A stretch of DNA of 56,832 nt, counting the filler, from Dugesia japonica (taxonomy: Eukaryota): the NCBI GenBank assembly GCA_001938525.1. It is 6 parts of 6 records of this genome, joined end to end, with 100 filler letters (N's around TTAATTAATTAA, not from the genome) between each part and the next. Parts side by side here need not be neighbours in the genome. Positions count along the whole stretch, not along the records: positions 10,722 to 19,344 come from MQRL01609714.1; positions 19,445 to 28,999 come from MQRL01612319.1; 4 more parts are not named here. One strand, given 5' to 3'. Positions within the stretch are counted from its first letter, which is position 1; each line of letters begins with the position of its first letter. The position numbers were made by a program, and so were the translations under genes. Shown in pieces: positions 11,942 to 25,836 of this stretch. The notes below the pieces were generated by a model. The model was not told the DNA's origin and did no database searches. It worked only from the letters and a program-made list of their open reading frames with translations.

Positions 11942-14061
11942 GCTAAAGGAATACAATTGTCAAATAGGAGATAGGACTTTAGACTTGAATTGACAAAAGG
12001 TGGTTCGCCGTTCTTACATAATTGGATTTCGCATGAGGTGTAGCATAAAAGCGCATTAATATTACTGGGACGCAGAAATGTCGATAATCACTATATCCTT
12101 TGAAATTATTAATTCATTTACTATTGCTATACTAGAAACGCTATGCTATTCGGTTAGGCAAAGTACCACCCAGGGACATATAATGAACATAATCATCTTG
12201 GTTAGGCTATTTAAATCATTAAGCAATTGTTTGTGTCCACTCAACTATTGTGAATCAAGAAAAAACATTAGTTAGAATTTTAATAATATTCAAGTAATAC
12301 TTCTGGGAAGCTAAATTAATCATTATCATACCGGTGATGATATCAATAACTATCAGATTTTACCTTATTAATATGGTTGATGTGATTATTATTTTCTATT
12401 AAAAAGAATACCAATCGAGAGATCAATAAAAAATAATATTACCACCGATCTCACTGGTGATAAACACGCATTTGCGAGTGTTGTCAGAATTTAATTTATG
12501 AGATAATTATTAATATAATTTACCACAAAAGGAAAAATAAGTATAAATGTTTTATAAATTTTTCTTTCTGCAAGCATTTAGTCGGTGAATTATCTTACTA
12601 ATTTAGCTACTTTACTCAAATTTTAAATCTTTTAAATTCGTGGATTAGCGTTGCTTAGCATTGCTAAACAACTTTTACCATATGCTGTAACTATTAACGA
12701 TTAGCTATAGTGTGTTTATTACTAATCACTTCCATCTACTAAGCAAGTGATTTTTTCTCTACCCCCGGTTAATACTCATCACANGAAAACTGGTAAAACA
12801 TGCTGCAGTAGGTATGTTTGGAATAAAAGACGATGTCATCATAAAAATTGACCAGGCCTAATAGATCACCTGGATCATGCGGTTATGTTCATTTTAGTGG
12901 CTCATACAAAACAAAATATAACTTCAATAATTTATTTTATATTAATAATACACATATACGTATTAACATTTAAAATTTATTTTAACTTTTAAATTACACA
13001 TTTATACTTACTATAAGAAATTTTCTTTTGACAACTATTTCTGCAACGGGTACTCAACTTTGGGTATTTTCCTAAAATTCTTGAAAATGATTGTCACTTA
13101 TTGGAATATCGATCGTTTTTTCTGTACAAAACAATTGTCTAATTAATTATTAGTCTGAAATAATTCAATTACTCTGTTGGTGAGTTTTAACAACCGATGC
13201 GCGATAATCGATAACACTTAAAAATTGTATGAATCCTGTCGTAATATTGATTTTTTTCCCACAATAAATTCCTCGAATTAAATTTCTTCTTTAGATACGT
13301 TTATAGTTGATAAAATTTTGATAAAAATTCGATTGTAGTTTTACAATGGTGTTTTTTCTTAACTTTTTCTGTTAAAAATCAGGGGTCCTTTTATATGATT
13401 TCTGAGACTTGTTCCAGATTTGCTGATATATTTAGATCAGCTTTTTTCTACTTCCATTAGTTCTGGCGCTAATTTTCTAAAATTTTCTATGAATTTTTGT
13501 GCTGCCATTGGTGGTTATTTTTATTATGACACCTGACCATCGTGTCTTTGTTCTATTTTTATTTTCAGGATTCTCATTGGCCCGATCTTCAGGACCCTTC
13601 AGCAACCTTCTGAATGATGGTAAGTTCTTCTCCTTTAGCTTCTTTGATGCGTCTTGTTATTCTCTTTTCACTTTTTCTTATCCCGATTCTTTTNNNNNNN
13701 NNNNNNNNNNNNNNNNNNNNNNNNNNNNNNNNNNNNNNNNNNNNNNNNNNNNNNNNNNNNNNNNNNNNNNNNNNNNNNNNNNNNNNNNNNNNNNNNNNNN
13801 NNNNNNNNNNNNNNNNNNNNNNNNNNNNNNNNNNNNNNNNNNNNNNNNNNNNNNNNNNNNNNNNNNNNNNNNNNNNNNNNNNNNNNNNNNNNNNNNNNNN
13901 NNNNNNNNNNNNNNNNNNNNNNNNNNNNNNNNNNNNNNNNNNNNNNNNNNNNNNAAAAAAAAGTTTTGCCAGCGGGGGAGGCTTTTTAATGAAAAATCAA
14001 AAGTGGCATCAACGATTCGCTTCCCTGGGCTTGCCAGTTTTGGCAAAACTAAAGCTCCACA

Positions 14062-14320
14062 AATAATACACTCATAAGCCCTATATTACATTGTTGCTAT
14101 GTCAATAAAACATGGTAACTATGATTTGTTATCTGACTTATATAAATGAATCTTATAATACAAGGTATCTATGCAAGTAATACCCTCATAAACCATATAT
14201 TTCATGGTTGTTATGTAAATAATACAAACATAAACCCTATAATACACGGTTACTATGTAAATAATACACTCGTAATCCTTATAATGCAAATACTATACTC
14301 ATAAACCCTATACAATCAAA
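14062..14320. repeat. Degenerate minisatellite (about 42-bp unit)
   Basis: Recurrent AATAATACACTCATAAACCCTATA...GGTTACTATGT variants. Confidence 0.6.
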
Positions 14321-17189
14321 AATATTTTCTTATAAGTTTTTATATAGACTTTTTAGTTAAATATTGAAAGGTTCCATGAATTTATGATTTTTATGAAAAA
14401 AGTTTTAGGTTTTTTATAATTTTGTACAGAAAAGCTTTTATGATTATAATTATATTTCATTTTCATTGTTTACTCAATTATTATCCAGATTCTAAATCGT
14501 GGATATTGAAAACAACATATATTTTAACAAATGACCAAAAAAAAAATTTGAAAATTGTTCGATCTGAATCAATTCACATTTAACACAGAAACAAGTTTCA
14601 TAAACCCTGATATAACACAATCTGTATTACTAAAATTCATTGTCAATCTATCGTCATGTTTTTTTAAAAATGTAAAGTCAATTTAGGTTTCGTTCAAAGT
14701 TTTTAAACAGAAATGCCAAGTNTAGTACCCAAAAGCATATTGCCAGTTATAAACTGGCTTTCCAGAGAAAGCTTGCTGTGTATATTTTTCGACTAATCAA
14801 CTCTCAAATTTAGCACTTATTCAATCGCTTATTTAATATTTATCACTATTACTTATTAACATCATTTAAATTTAATCTATTCATTAGGGGAATTTAATTA
14901 TACTTTATAATAGTAAAAATACTTAATCTAGGATTTATACATGAATAGAAAAGCTATTTATTTTCTGTTTCTAAATTACATTAAGTCAAACGTCGGTTTG
15001 GTAATTTTTACAATATGGTAATATAACATTGTCAAATGAAGATCGATTACAAAACCAAATTTTAATTAAATTTAATTATAATTCATTGATTGAATAAATA
15101 GAAAACAATGTACTCTTCGATAAAAAAAAATTTCTTTTCTTTTCGATCAAGAATTGTGGTCCTAACGAGGACCGTTTTAACATTCCCAAATAATACCTTT
15201 TCATAGTGGTATTAAAAGAAAAAAAACAAACTTTGCATTTAGCATGTGTAAATCTTCTACTGCGAATCCAAATTTTGATAAGCAGTTTGATAAGGTTTTG
15301 AAAAGGGATCAAATTATTGGTATTTGTAAGCTACCACTTTCAGCATCCTCAAAATAAAAATCTTCAAGTAAAACATTGTCATGATCTGTCCTAGGCTGTA
15401 TATACAATTATTTATTTATTTTTATAAGAATTTTACTTGTAAGTTCAGAGTTTAATTTGTATTATGTTACAAAATTGAGTAATGAATATACGTTAGACTA
15501 CTAAAACAAAGTTATTAATAAAAGAAATCGGGAATCCAAAAGAAAATTAATAAATAAATAAACTATGACTAGGAGCAAATTTAGAATATTAAGAACAAAA
15601 TATGATGAATTAAACTTGATTTGATTGAAAATAAGTTAATAAAGTTAAAATTGCATATGGGATTAAATCACACCAAGATTAATGTGAGTAAAATGGATTA
15701 GGAAAGTAAAATTAAACTAAAATAAGAGCATAAGAGCCAAATGAAAGCAAAGTTAGAATCTTGGAATGAAAATAAATTAGAAATAATAAAAGTAAAGATA
15801 TGCAAATTGAAGTAGTAAAATCGAAGCAAAATAAGAATATTAAAATGCAATTGAATCAATTTAAATTAAGAATGTTAAAGTAACTTGAGCATTTTATAAT
15901 TACAATTATTGTGAGAATAATTGTTGGACTTAACCATTGATCGGATTTGAGTTTTCTTTAAAATAAGATAAAGCTTCGATCAAAATAAAATTTATTTGTA
16001 AAAAAGTTCAAATTTTCGACAATAGTCTTCTTCAAGAACATGTTGGCTTCTTGAGATATTTTAGTAAGATTATTAAGGCTAAAACAGGCGGAGCATATTA
16101 AATTAAAGTATGCATATTGTAATTGAAGTAAAACTAAATTGAGCATACTAAGTAAAATAAATTGAAAATATTGAAACTAAAGTAAACTCAGCATCCTAAA
16201 GTAAATAAATTGAATCAAGTACAAATCCAATATATCAAAACAAATGAAGAATTTTGAAGTAATCAAAGTATGAAAACGAAAATCAAGCTTATTATGATTA
16301 AGAGTATCGAAAACCCAGCAAAACAGATTCGAAAAAGTGAATATATTATTAAGTGTATTATGGTTAAGAATGAAGCAAATTCGACATGAGTAGAGTAAGA
16401 GTATTGAAATTAATGTGAACTCCGGATCTTAGAGTAATAAGTATGAGTAAGTTAAGAATATAAAAAAATGAAGTAAATTAAGGGTTCACAGAGAGGTCCT
16501 CCTACCTCACAAGCGTGGCTAAAAACAAGGATTTACAACAGACTAAGAAAATAAGATTGAAGGCCGGAAGAGTTTGCCTGCAGTTTAAATGGTACTCCCG
16601 CATATTTTATGGATACCCGGCCGGCCATAATAGTTCGTCTGCTACTTAAATCGTACTCCCAACGCGCCTAGGAGCAGAAAATTTGACAAAATTAAATCAA
16701 CACAACCCACAGAAAGACTTAGTACAATAAGGTGCCTCAACTGTCATGCTAGCCGAGATTAGTAGTTGTGAAATTGGTCTGATCAACCAGACATCTGAGA
16801 TACGATCGGCTCAGTTGTCCACAGCAAAAGCTGCTTGAGTAGTTATGACTGTCATAAAATGAGGACAGCGACAGGATCGGAAGGGAAAGCCAGTCTCGGT
16901 GGAAAGCGATAAACCATCCACGTTTTATACATGGTTACGAATCTTAGATGTAAGTAACGGTAGTACACTTACTTCCAGGACGTACTAAGTATACTTCAGA
17001 GAACACGATCAATTCAGATCTAGGCTTATACAAGTCTCATAGTAGCCACAGCTACTGGATTTAACCAACTAACTCGTCACCAGAAATATTTAATGGGCCT
17101 GTTTAAGCAAAAACAACTCATGAAGGCAACGAACAGTATCGCCTCCCTCTGATCAAATCGACAAAATTTAACTGGTTGTTCCAAACATA

Positions 17190-17500
17190 AGCAATTTGCA
17201 AATAAATTATAAGAGTAAATTACAGAAGGATATTACGTGTTAGACAGCAAAGTTATACAAAGATTGTTACAGTTCAGAAGCAAAGTGCGAATAAATATTG
17301 TACTTCAAATGTAAATCACAAAAGGATATTACGTTTTAGACAGCAAAGTTATATAAAGATTGTTACAGTTTAGAAGCAAATTGCAAATAAGTATTGTATT
17401 TCAAGAGCAAATCACAAAGGGTTATTACGTTTCAGACAGCAAAATGATACAAAAATCATTACAGTTCATGAGCAAAATTACAAAGGATTAATACATTTTA
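17190..17500. repeat. 96-bp tandem repeat, about 3 copies, upstream of a Gypsy gag
   Basis: GG(A/T)TATTACGT..AGACAGCAAA at 17228, 17324 and about 17420. Confidence 0.85.
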
Positions 17501-17769
17501 TAAGTAAAATAAGTATTTTATCTAAAGGGTGAATTACAAAAAGTTATTATTTCTCATAAGCATATTACATAAGTAAATTACAATGGAGTGATTGTATCTC
17601 ATAAGCAAATTACTAATAAGTAATAAAGTAATTATTAAATCAAATTTAAAATTCGATATTAAATNNNNNNNNNNNNNNNNNTATTGAATCAAGGTACAAA
17701 ATTGATAATGAAATCAAATTACAAAATCAGTCAGTAACTGCAAAATAAATACGAAGGACATCATAGGCT

Positions 17770-19344
17770 TAAAATGCGACTTTAAAATGAATCCCCAGTG
17801 ATAGTAAGTTAGGAATCAGTTATCAGCAGAAAACGAGTAGATATTAATCAGCAGCCCTAATAAAGAGTTCGACGAGGACGTCGAATTTAAACAAACCGAG
17901 GGTGGGTGAAGAGATGAAAATAACTTTAACAAATGTATGACTTAGATTAAAGGGTAAATGGTAGCGGGGGTTATCTAAAAGAATAATGTGTTACAGGTAC
18001 CTAACATTCGTTGGAGCAAGCACAATCGAGTCGGAAATCTTTGTAACAATTGGCACTATCTAAGTAAATTAGTGTATAATTATATCTTTTATAGAAATAT
18101 GCAAAGAAAATCATTAGAACGTTATCGCGAACAAAAAAGTAATGGAAGAAGGAGCAGTAAAAGAACAAGAAAATAAACGTATTTGGGGACTCTATGAACA
18201 ACTTGCAGGAAGGAAACAAAGGAAAAATGAAACCTGCCAGGAGTTTGCAGCCGCAATAATAGATTTTGCAAAATTAGCGGATCTAAAAAATGAACAGATG
18301 ATAAAAAAATGTTTCAGATCCGGCCTACGAGACCCATTGGTAAGAAACCATGTAGCTTCAAGCAAACCTCTTGATTTGACTACTGCTATATTAAAATCAG
18401 AAGCAATGAATAAAGTATTAGCAGAACAACGACTAATTATCGAGAAAGAAACCGTTAGTCAATGAACAATATATAAGCAAAATAGATGCCAAAATTGTCG
18501 GAGAACTCACCACAGTACCAATCAGTGTACAATCATCTATATATTTTGCAGCATTTGTGGTCGGAAAAATCACCCCATGGATAAATGCTGGCAAAGATAT
18601 TATAGTAAATGCGGAAAGAAGGGGCACCCTGAAGAGAGATGTCTACTCAAGAGAATCAGAATAGAAGAGGATCAAAGTTCAAGAGATGATAACGAAGTTA
18701 ACACAACTCATAGCTAACAAAGTGTGAACCAAAGTAAAGAATCAACTAAATTGCACATGCTAAGAACCAAAGTACCTGAGAGCCTAGGAATTAATGAGGT
18801 ATTACCAAAGACTCAGCGAGTACAAAAATGTTACAATTGTAACAAACAAAAGCACTAAGCTAAAGATTGATAAATAAAAAATAAAGTGTGTTATATCTGT
18901 GGAAAACAGGGCCATATCGCAAGACTATGTCGACACAGAATAGACNNNNNNNNNNNNNNNNNNNNNNNNNNNNNNNNNNNNNNNNNNNNNNNNNNTCGGA
19001 GAACTCACCACAGTACCAATCAGTGTACAATCATCTATATATTTTGCAGCATTTGTGGTCGGAAAAATCACCCCATGGATAAATGCTGGCAAAGATATTA
19101 TAGTAAATGCGGAAAGAAGGGGCACCCTGAAGAGAGATGTCTACTCAAGAGAATCAGAATAGAAGAGGATCAAAGTTCAAGAGATGATAACGAAATTAAC
19201 ACAACTCATAGCTAACAAAGTGTGAACCAAAGTAAAGAATCAACTAAATTGCATACAGAACAACATACAAACAACATACAGAAGCAGATTTCCAAATCCC
19301 AACAAACAAATCAACCAAACCAATTCAATTCAAATTCAAGAAGA
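17770..19344 (+). mobile_element. Ty3/Gypsy-like LTR retrotransposon gag remnant with several zinc knuckles
   Basis: RKQRKNETCQEFAAAI...IKKCFRSGLRD capsid-like segment. CCHC knuckles CYICGKQGHIARLC and CSICGRKNHPMDKC, plus a degenerate one, SKCGKKGHPEERC. Confidence 0.8.
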
Positions 19345-19444
19345 NNNNNNNNNNNNNNNNNNNNNNNNNNNNNNNNNNNNNNNNNNNNTTAATTAATTAA
19401 NNNNNNNNNNNNNNNNNNNNNNNNNNNNNNNNNNNNNNNNNNNN
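19345..19444. other. Artificial contig linker
   Basis: 44N-TTAATTAATTAA-44N. Confidence 0.98.
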
Positions 19445-20395
19445 TATATATATATATATATACAACAAAGATAATGAAAATTCTCTACCAAATGCAGAAT
19501 ACAAAGTATTGTCAATCGTCAATCAAACCTATAGTATAGGACAATCGAAATAGGTGTATAGTAAATAAAACAGAGAGAATAAAAGGAGAATACAATTTGG
19601 AGCCCTTTATCAATTCAATGACAGAAATATCCAACAACGAAATTTTGTTGTATAGATATAATTTTGAGAAGAGACTACAAAAAGGTCTTCATGCTTTAAT
19701 AGAAATTCAATTTCTTTATAGTTTGGTGGTAATATTATTATTAATATTAATACAATAATTATTATTATTTAATTAGTTATTAAGAAAAGAAGAAAGCACT
19801 TAAAAACTTCAATTCGATCCTAAGGTTCTTAAAAACATTTCATTTTTGATGAAAAACTTGGTAACGATTTTTGAACTTGATGCGCCAACAGCAGCTATCG
19901 AGATTTATAAGGAAGAAAAAGTAAACATTACTAATAAATTGAACATGGAAATACAATATCAGAGTCCAGAAATAATTAAAATAAACAGAACAAATGTTAA
20001 AATGCAAACTCTATCCATGGCATTTGGTAAGCAAAGGCAGTGTCGTGTGGATAGGAAGAAAAATAACGGTAATATATTTTTTATTTATGTAAACTTATTA
20101 ATTATTAGTTTAGATCTAGTATGCAATGTCAAACAATCACACCAATATCTTGTTTCTTGGTTGCAAAATACATTATTTTGTTGTTTATTGTTATACTTTT
20201 ATGTGTTATTTTTTCAATGTATTAATAAACTTTATTTAATCAAAGGCTTTTTTTTAAACATAGAGTTTTTAATTAAATAATAATTTTTTGAATTACCTTC
20301 TTGAATTGTTGGTNATATTTTTAATTCGGATATGAAATAATTTCTTTCAATATTTTCCAGCATTTCATTTATAATTAGGTCCAAATTCATTATTA

Positions 20396-20680
20396 ATGGA
20401 CAAATCATTCAAATAATCACGAATTTCTGCTGGAATCACCAAGTAGTGTGTATCCATATAGCAATGAATCTAGATTTGCATTCTTACACTCTTCCAAAAC
20501 CCTATATAATCCATCATAGACCCACTCAAAATTTCAAAGAGCAACTTTTGACTAAGTGCCCAATCATATAGGTTATTAACATCTATATACAAAAGGTCAA
20601 CATTTTTACTGGTGACAACATGTTGCTTGTTAACGAATGTTAACGCTCCTCTTATACCTCCTTTAAAAAAGGTATCATAT
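20396..20680 (-). pseudogene. Protein-primed family B DNA polymerase fragment (Polinton/adintovirus type)
   Basis: Manual translation FFKGGIRGALTFVNKQH...LLYIDVNNLYDWALSQKL/NFEW...GYTL/IPAEIRDYLNDL matches the GIRGG...YxDANNLYGWAMSQxLP...GY...LHDxxND pattern. Confidence 0.8.
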
Positions 20681-21119
20681 TATTATTATTGGATTATTAC
20701 GTAATAAGACAAGCATATATTAATAAGTTATGGTTTATTTTATTGCATAAAGGATTTTCATATTTTCATAGAACTTACTTCACTAATCTTTAAAAGGTGT
20801 CATATATTAATAAAAGAAGACAATAAGACTGAGTAAGGTCTAGTATGATATGCTTTTTATTTAAAATATTAGTTTATTTAAAAACTATTTCAGCATATTT
20901 TAATCATCTGATTATCCTTCATCCTCTTTGCTTGCTTCTTGGTTCCCTGCTTGCTTAATGGTTTCTTACTTGTGCTTTGGTTTTATGGGTTTACTTTTCT
21001 TTTAAATACTTAATATTCGAATACATTGTTAAAGAATAATAGTCCAACATATAAAATACTGATCTTATCATTAGATATATTGATCTCATAATTGCAAATA
21101 TTAGTTTCATTAGACAAAA

Positions 21120-21320
21120 AGTACGGTTTCATCATAAAACACAGGGGTTATCATGAAACTACTGGTTTGGTGGTGATAAATACAGGACTTATTATGGAAA
21201 AAATGGTTTTATCATGAAAATATAGGTTTAATAGAAAACAGTGGTTTTATAGTGAAAATACTGGTTTTATAATAAACATACAGGTTTTATAATGAAAATA
21301 TTTGTTTTATCATTGAAAAT
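21120..21320. repeat. Degenerate minisatellite (about 21-bp unit)
   Basis: Repeated ATCATGAAAATACAGGTTTT variants. Confidence 0.65.
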
Positions 21321-22020
21321 AAGACTATTAAATAAGATATGTTCAATAGACTAAATCTGGATTTATTAATATTTTCAAACACCTAGATCAACACAGGGAC
21401 AAGTAAGTAATACTTATTCAATTATTTCTTATTCAAATTAGATTTTGCTCCATTCTCATTAAGTTTCTTGGCTTTAAGTTAGAAAAATGATAAGTAAGGA
21501 CAAGAGTGAGAAGGATCAAATTTACTAGATCTAATCTGAAATTTTATAGTAGTCGATAAAGATTTTTATGAATTTGCATAGTAGTCGATAATTCTTTCAA
21601 AATCCTATGTAAAGGAATGGGAAACAAATTTTAAAAGGAACTAGAAGTCTCTAAATATTTGATGAAGTTTCACAGTAGTCACATATTATTTTATGAAATT
21701 GCATAGTAGTCACAAATTAATCTATGAAATTGTAAAGAAGTATTTAAACATTTTTTGAAATTTACATGAAGTATGCAAGATGAATGAATAATATTTTGCA
21801 TTACATACATAGTTTGAGTACAGTATGAGTACAATGCAGTTGTGTGAATATTGCAATATAAATGTCACTCACATGACATTCTATTACTACTCAAGAAAAG
21901 GAATACGTTAAATTAAATCAAAAGTCTTAATTTCCATAACAATTTTATTCAATACGTTCAAAATATCACTCAATCTTAAAAACCAATATTTAAACAAATA
22001 TTCAGTTTTTTAATATTCAA

Positions 22021-23625
22021 CTTCTCCCTCTCTTTCTAGAATTTGCATCTCTTTAACCACTCGATTCTTCTAAATCTTGAACCTTGTGGAGTTGTGAACT
22101 GAACTTGGTGAGGTATTAGAAAGTCATCAATTTTATAAGGTCATGCATAGAGTAAATCATTATTCTTCCGTTTTTGAGGGTCTTTCCTTATTAATAGATC
22201 TGAACATACTTCTAATTTGCGACTTACACGGTTTTTTCTTTGATTTATCATTGTCTGCGATGCTCGCTTTATATTATCGTAGCTTTATTTATAATTTCTT
22301 TCACTCCAAAATTGTGTTCTCTATTTGTGTGAATATTTTTGTCTTTCTCCTATATATGATTTCCATTGGTGAGAATCTCGCTGATTTTGATACAGTACAA
22401 TTGAATGCAAACTTTTCTATAGGAATAGGCTCATCTAAGGACTTTTTCTCCTCTCAGCTTTCAATGAAATCAATTTCAGGTCTCGAACTGTTCTGATTGC
22501 TTGTTCAACTAATCCATTAAATTTATGTTCATATGGAGACGTAAAGATACATGAAATATTAAGCTTACTTGCTAGATTTTGTAATAATTTCCCTTTAAAT
22601 ACTTTATCAAGGTATGACACTAATTTTTGTGGTTTTCCAAATTCATAAATTCAGTGGTATAGTAGAGTACTTTTACAGTGGTTTCATGTTGATTGTTTGT
22701 TGCAGTGCGACTAATCATTTTACTAAATTGATAGATAATACCAATCATATATCTTTTATTTGATTGATCGGTATCCATATATGCTATATCCATAATGATT
22801 TGTTTCATAGGATTACTAACTTCCGCGGAATAAATTTCTCTTGAAACTTTTCACTACTTGTTTTTCTGTGCATGAAATATTAACATTGTCGTATTATATT
22901 TTAAATATTTCTTATCATATTTGGTCAGAAGAAATAACCTGATACATATTTTATAGTTTTCTTCATTTCAACACGACATAAATCCTTGTATACTTTATTA
23001 ACAAGGTGGTTTATTTCATTGGGTGGTACCGCAATGTTACGAGCTCCATCGCGTTCAATGCTTTTCAAATCGTCTTCTTCAAATAAATGATTCAACTGTT
23101 TTTTGTTAATTGATTCGTTTAGATCTTTAAGAATCTCTTTGTCTTCTCCAGAAAGATATTTTTCACTTTAATAAAAAATTTATTGCTCTTAAATCTGTTA
23201 ATATAGCTATCCACATTGCCTAGAAAATCACCTTAAACACTCCAATAGTTTACTTTGACATCTTGACTTTAGCATTTACATGTTTGCTTTGACATTGAGT
23301 ACAATAACTTGAAAGAATACGAGACATACCATCTACGTTTGCGTGCTGCTCACCTTTCTTATATTAAAGCTCAAAATCATATTTTGTCAATTCAGTTATT
23401 CAGGTTTGAAACTGAGGTGTAATTGGTTTAAATGAACGCCTAATAAATTCCAATGCCTTGTGTTCGGCTCGTGCTACAAAGTTTTTCCCATATAAATGAC
23501 AAAAATGTCTGATGAATTCATATAATCTTAGTAATTCTTTAAGTGTCACACAATAACCTTTTTCATGAATATTTAATAGTCTTGACCCGTATGAAATTAC
23601 GACTTCACGACCGTTAGATAAGCTC
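22021..23625 (-). mobile_element. Ty3/Gypsy pol remnant (RNase H followed by integrase) with probable polypurine tract
   Basis: VISYGSRLLNIHEKGYCVTLKELL..., YDFEL.YKKGEQHANVDGMSR, IIMDIAYM and TSPYEHKFNGLVEQAIRTVRD. Purine tract AGAAAGAGAGGGAGAAG at about 22021-22037. Confidence 0.9.
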
Positions 23626-23658
23626 TATATATCAAATTTATAAAGATAAAAATAATAT

Positions 23659-24215
23659 TAATTGGTGTAGAAGTGTGACTCTTTTTTTGACTGAATTTTT
23701 TGTTTTAAAAAATCAATGATAATGAAAAAAGTCAAGGTCATTTTTTATTACAAATAATTTCCATCATTTATAACATTCTCCAAATTTTGAGAAAAGTTTA
23801 TCAATTTTATCATAGAAGAAATTATCTACTTGAGGCACTTTAATTAACTAGTCATTATCTGACCTCTTTAAAATTTTCGAAGCTCTCTTCTTACAGGCCG
23901 TGTGCCATCAACCAGGAAAAATTGGTGATGCGACGGAGCAAGATTTGGTGAATATGGCGAGAGAAGTAAGACTTCAAATTTTTGCACTTTAAATCTGACT
24001 TTTACAGGTCTTGCGAGATGAGACGTGATTTTTTCATATACCAAATCACTTTCACACAACTGGCCGCACATTCTGGGTATTTTTCAGTGAGTTCATGATT
24101 AAATTTCATAAATTGAAGTCCGTAACGATTGTCAGTAACTGTTGCTTCTGAATTCAGTAGCTCAAAATTCAGAATAACTTTGTGATTTCACCATACACAC
24201 AATAACACTTTTTTC
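23659..24215 (-). mobile_element. Mariner 3' fragment
   Basis: KKVLLCVW, HLARPVK and FEVLLLSPYSPNLAPSHHQFF. TIR-like ATTGGTGTAGAAGTGTGACTCT; a related end lies at about 30031-30170. Confidence 0.8.
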
Positions 24216-25432
24216 ATATAACAAATATTTAAATCAATTTACATTTAAAAATTGTTTTCTATTTTAAAAATTTGTAATGTACTTTTTTTACTATAAATAT
24301 TTGAAATAATTTTAAAATATTTCAAGAATAAATTTTAATATAATATAATATAATATAATATAATTGTAAAAAAATGCTTGAAATTTAGCCTATTAAATAA
24401 TAAAATAAATATTATGTCATCATTACGTAACATTTGTTTTAATGTGTTCAGAATGTCCAATGAGCAATTCAAAGAAAAATAATTTTAGAAAGAAAATTTT
24501 TAATTCTAAAAATTTTTTCCAATTAGATTTGAAATAAAAAATGAAAAATAAATTATAAAAATCTAATAGATAAACTAAAATATTATTTTATAAGAAACTT
24601 TATAAAAAAATTATTTACTTCACAAAAGCAAATAGTAACATTATTGTAAATATTTACTTCACTTTTCCAAATTTTTTTCCTTTTTTTCAGTTGAACNNNN
24701 NNNNNNNNNNNNNNNNNNNNNNNNNNNNNNNNNNNNNNNNNNNNNNNNNNNNNNNNNNNNNNNNNNNNNNNNNNNNNNNNNNNNNNNNNNAATTTTGTTT
24801 TAATTTACAATAATGAATATTTTATTGTTTGAATAAAACTGATAATAAAAAATAATATATTTTCAATCTGACTTTTAATTATATATTAATAATCACTATT
24901 CAAATCATATATTATATATGATTTAATTTATGATACCAACTTGATATAACATTATCTGGTGTAGAATACCAAGAAGTTGTTAAAAATTGGCGAGACAAGT
25001 TGCGTGATCTGGAATTGGCTTTGATTATTTCAAAAAATAAATTTTTATTTAAGTTAATGGAACAATTTCTGTAAAAAATGTTTTTCAGTTTCTAAAATAA
25101 AACTATAATATTAAAATTTTCGAGTTGTTAATTCTATTTTTATTTTTGAATTTCAGATTATATATTTGTAAATAAAAAAATAGATTGTTTCTTTAAAATC
25201 TTTGTTTAAAATTTTTTTTTTTGAATATTTGTTTAATATTACAATTTTTAAAAATTCATTATTATTTTAAAAACCATTTTTAAAATGATTTTTCTTAAAA
25301 ATTTTGATAGAGATTTTAAATGGAGTTAACCTAAAAATTTTTTGACTAAAAATAATTTTTAAAGTTAAAAATCAATGGCCATTTTTCATAAATAACTTAA
25401 CATGCCACTTAATTAAATATTTATTCATTATA

Positions 25433-25836
25433 CAGGGTTTTTCTAAATGTTTCATTATCAAGTGAAAAGTTTTAATCATTTTACCAAAATATTTAATCAT
25501 TGATAATTTATAATTAGTTAAATTAATTATATTATAACTCCAAAATCTACAAGGATATAACTGGCAACGATCAAAACAGCATTGAAAATATAGAAATCCT
25601 TCCAGAAAGTATTTCTACCAAAAGCAATGACAGAATACTTCGGAGAACCAGGAATTTAGATAATTCTTTAAGACAACTCATTGGTCAAAAATATGTTATT
25701 GTTATTATTTATTATAAATGTATTATTAATTAGCATATTTGTAGACATATTACCATAATTTTTTCTTAGTAATAGTAAATCTTACTTGAGTACAATTTTC
25801 TAAAGAAATTATAAAAAGAAATTTAGAAAAACCCTG
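25433..25836 (+). mobile_element. Tc1/mariner-derived MITE or deletion derivative (404 bp)
   Basis: Perfect 16-bp TIR CAGGGTTTTTCTAAAT with TA on both flanks. Confidence 0.85.

Noticed and set aside
13499-14077. Long ORFs spanning the N gap
   Set aside because: Their length comes from Ns translated as X.
15240-15510. Possible spliced exon pair on the - strand
   Set aside because: An intron-like 42-bp GT-AG segment exists, but the frames examined contain stops and show no recognisable homology.
18498-19253. 258-bp duplication of zinc-knuckle region (18498-18755 and 18996-19253) as a true domain expansion
   Set aside because: Nearly identical (1 mismatch seen) and the second copy starts exactly at an N gap, so it is probably an assembly overlap.
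19846-20280. 144-aa ORF as a host gene
   Set aside because: No recognisable domain; the hydrophobic tail reflects T-rich sequence; at most a weak transposase-like remnant.
22143-22496. Hydrophobic + strand ORF as an env-like or membrane protein
   Set aside because: Antisense shadow of the A-rich Gypsy integrase C-terminus.
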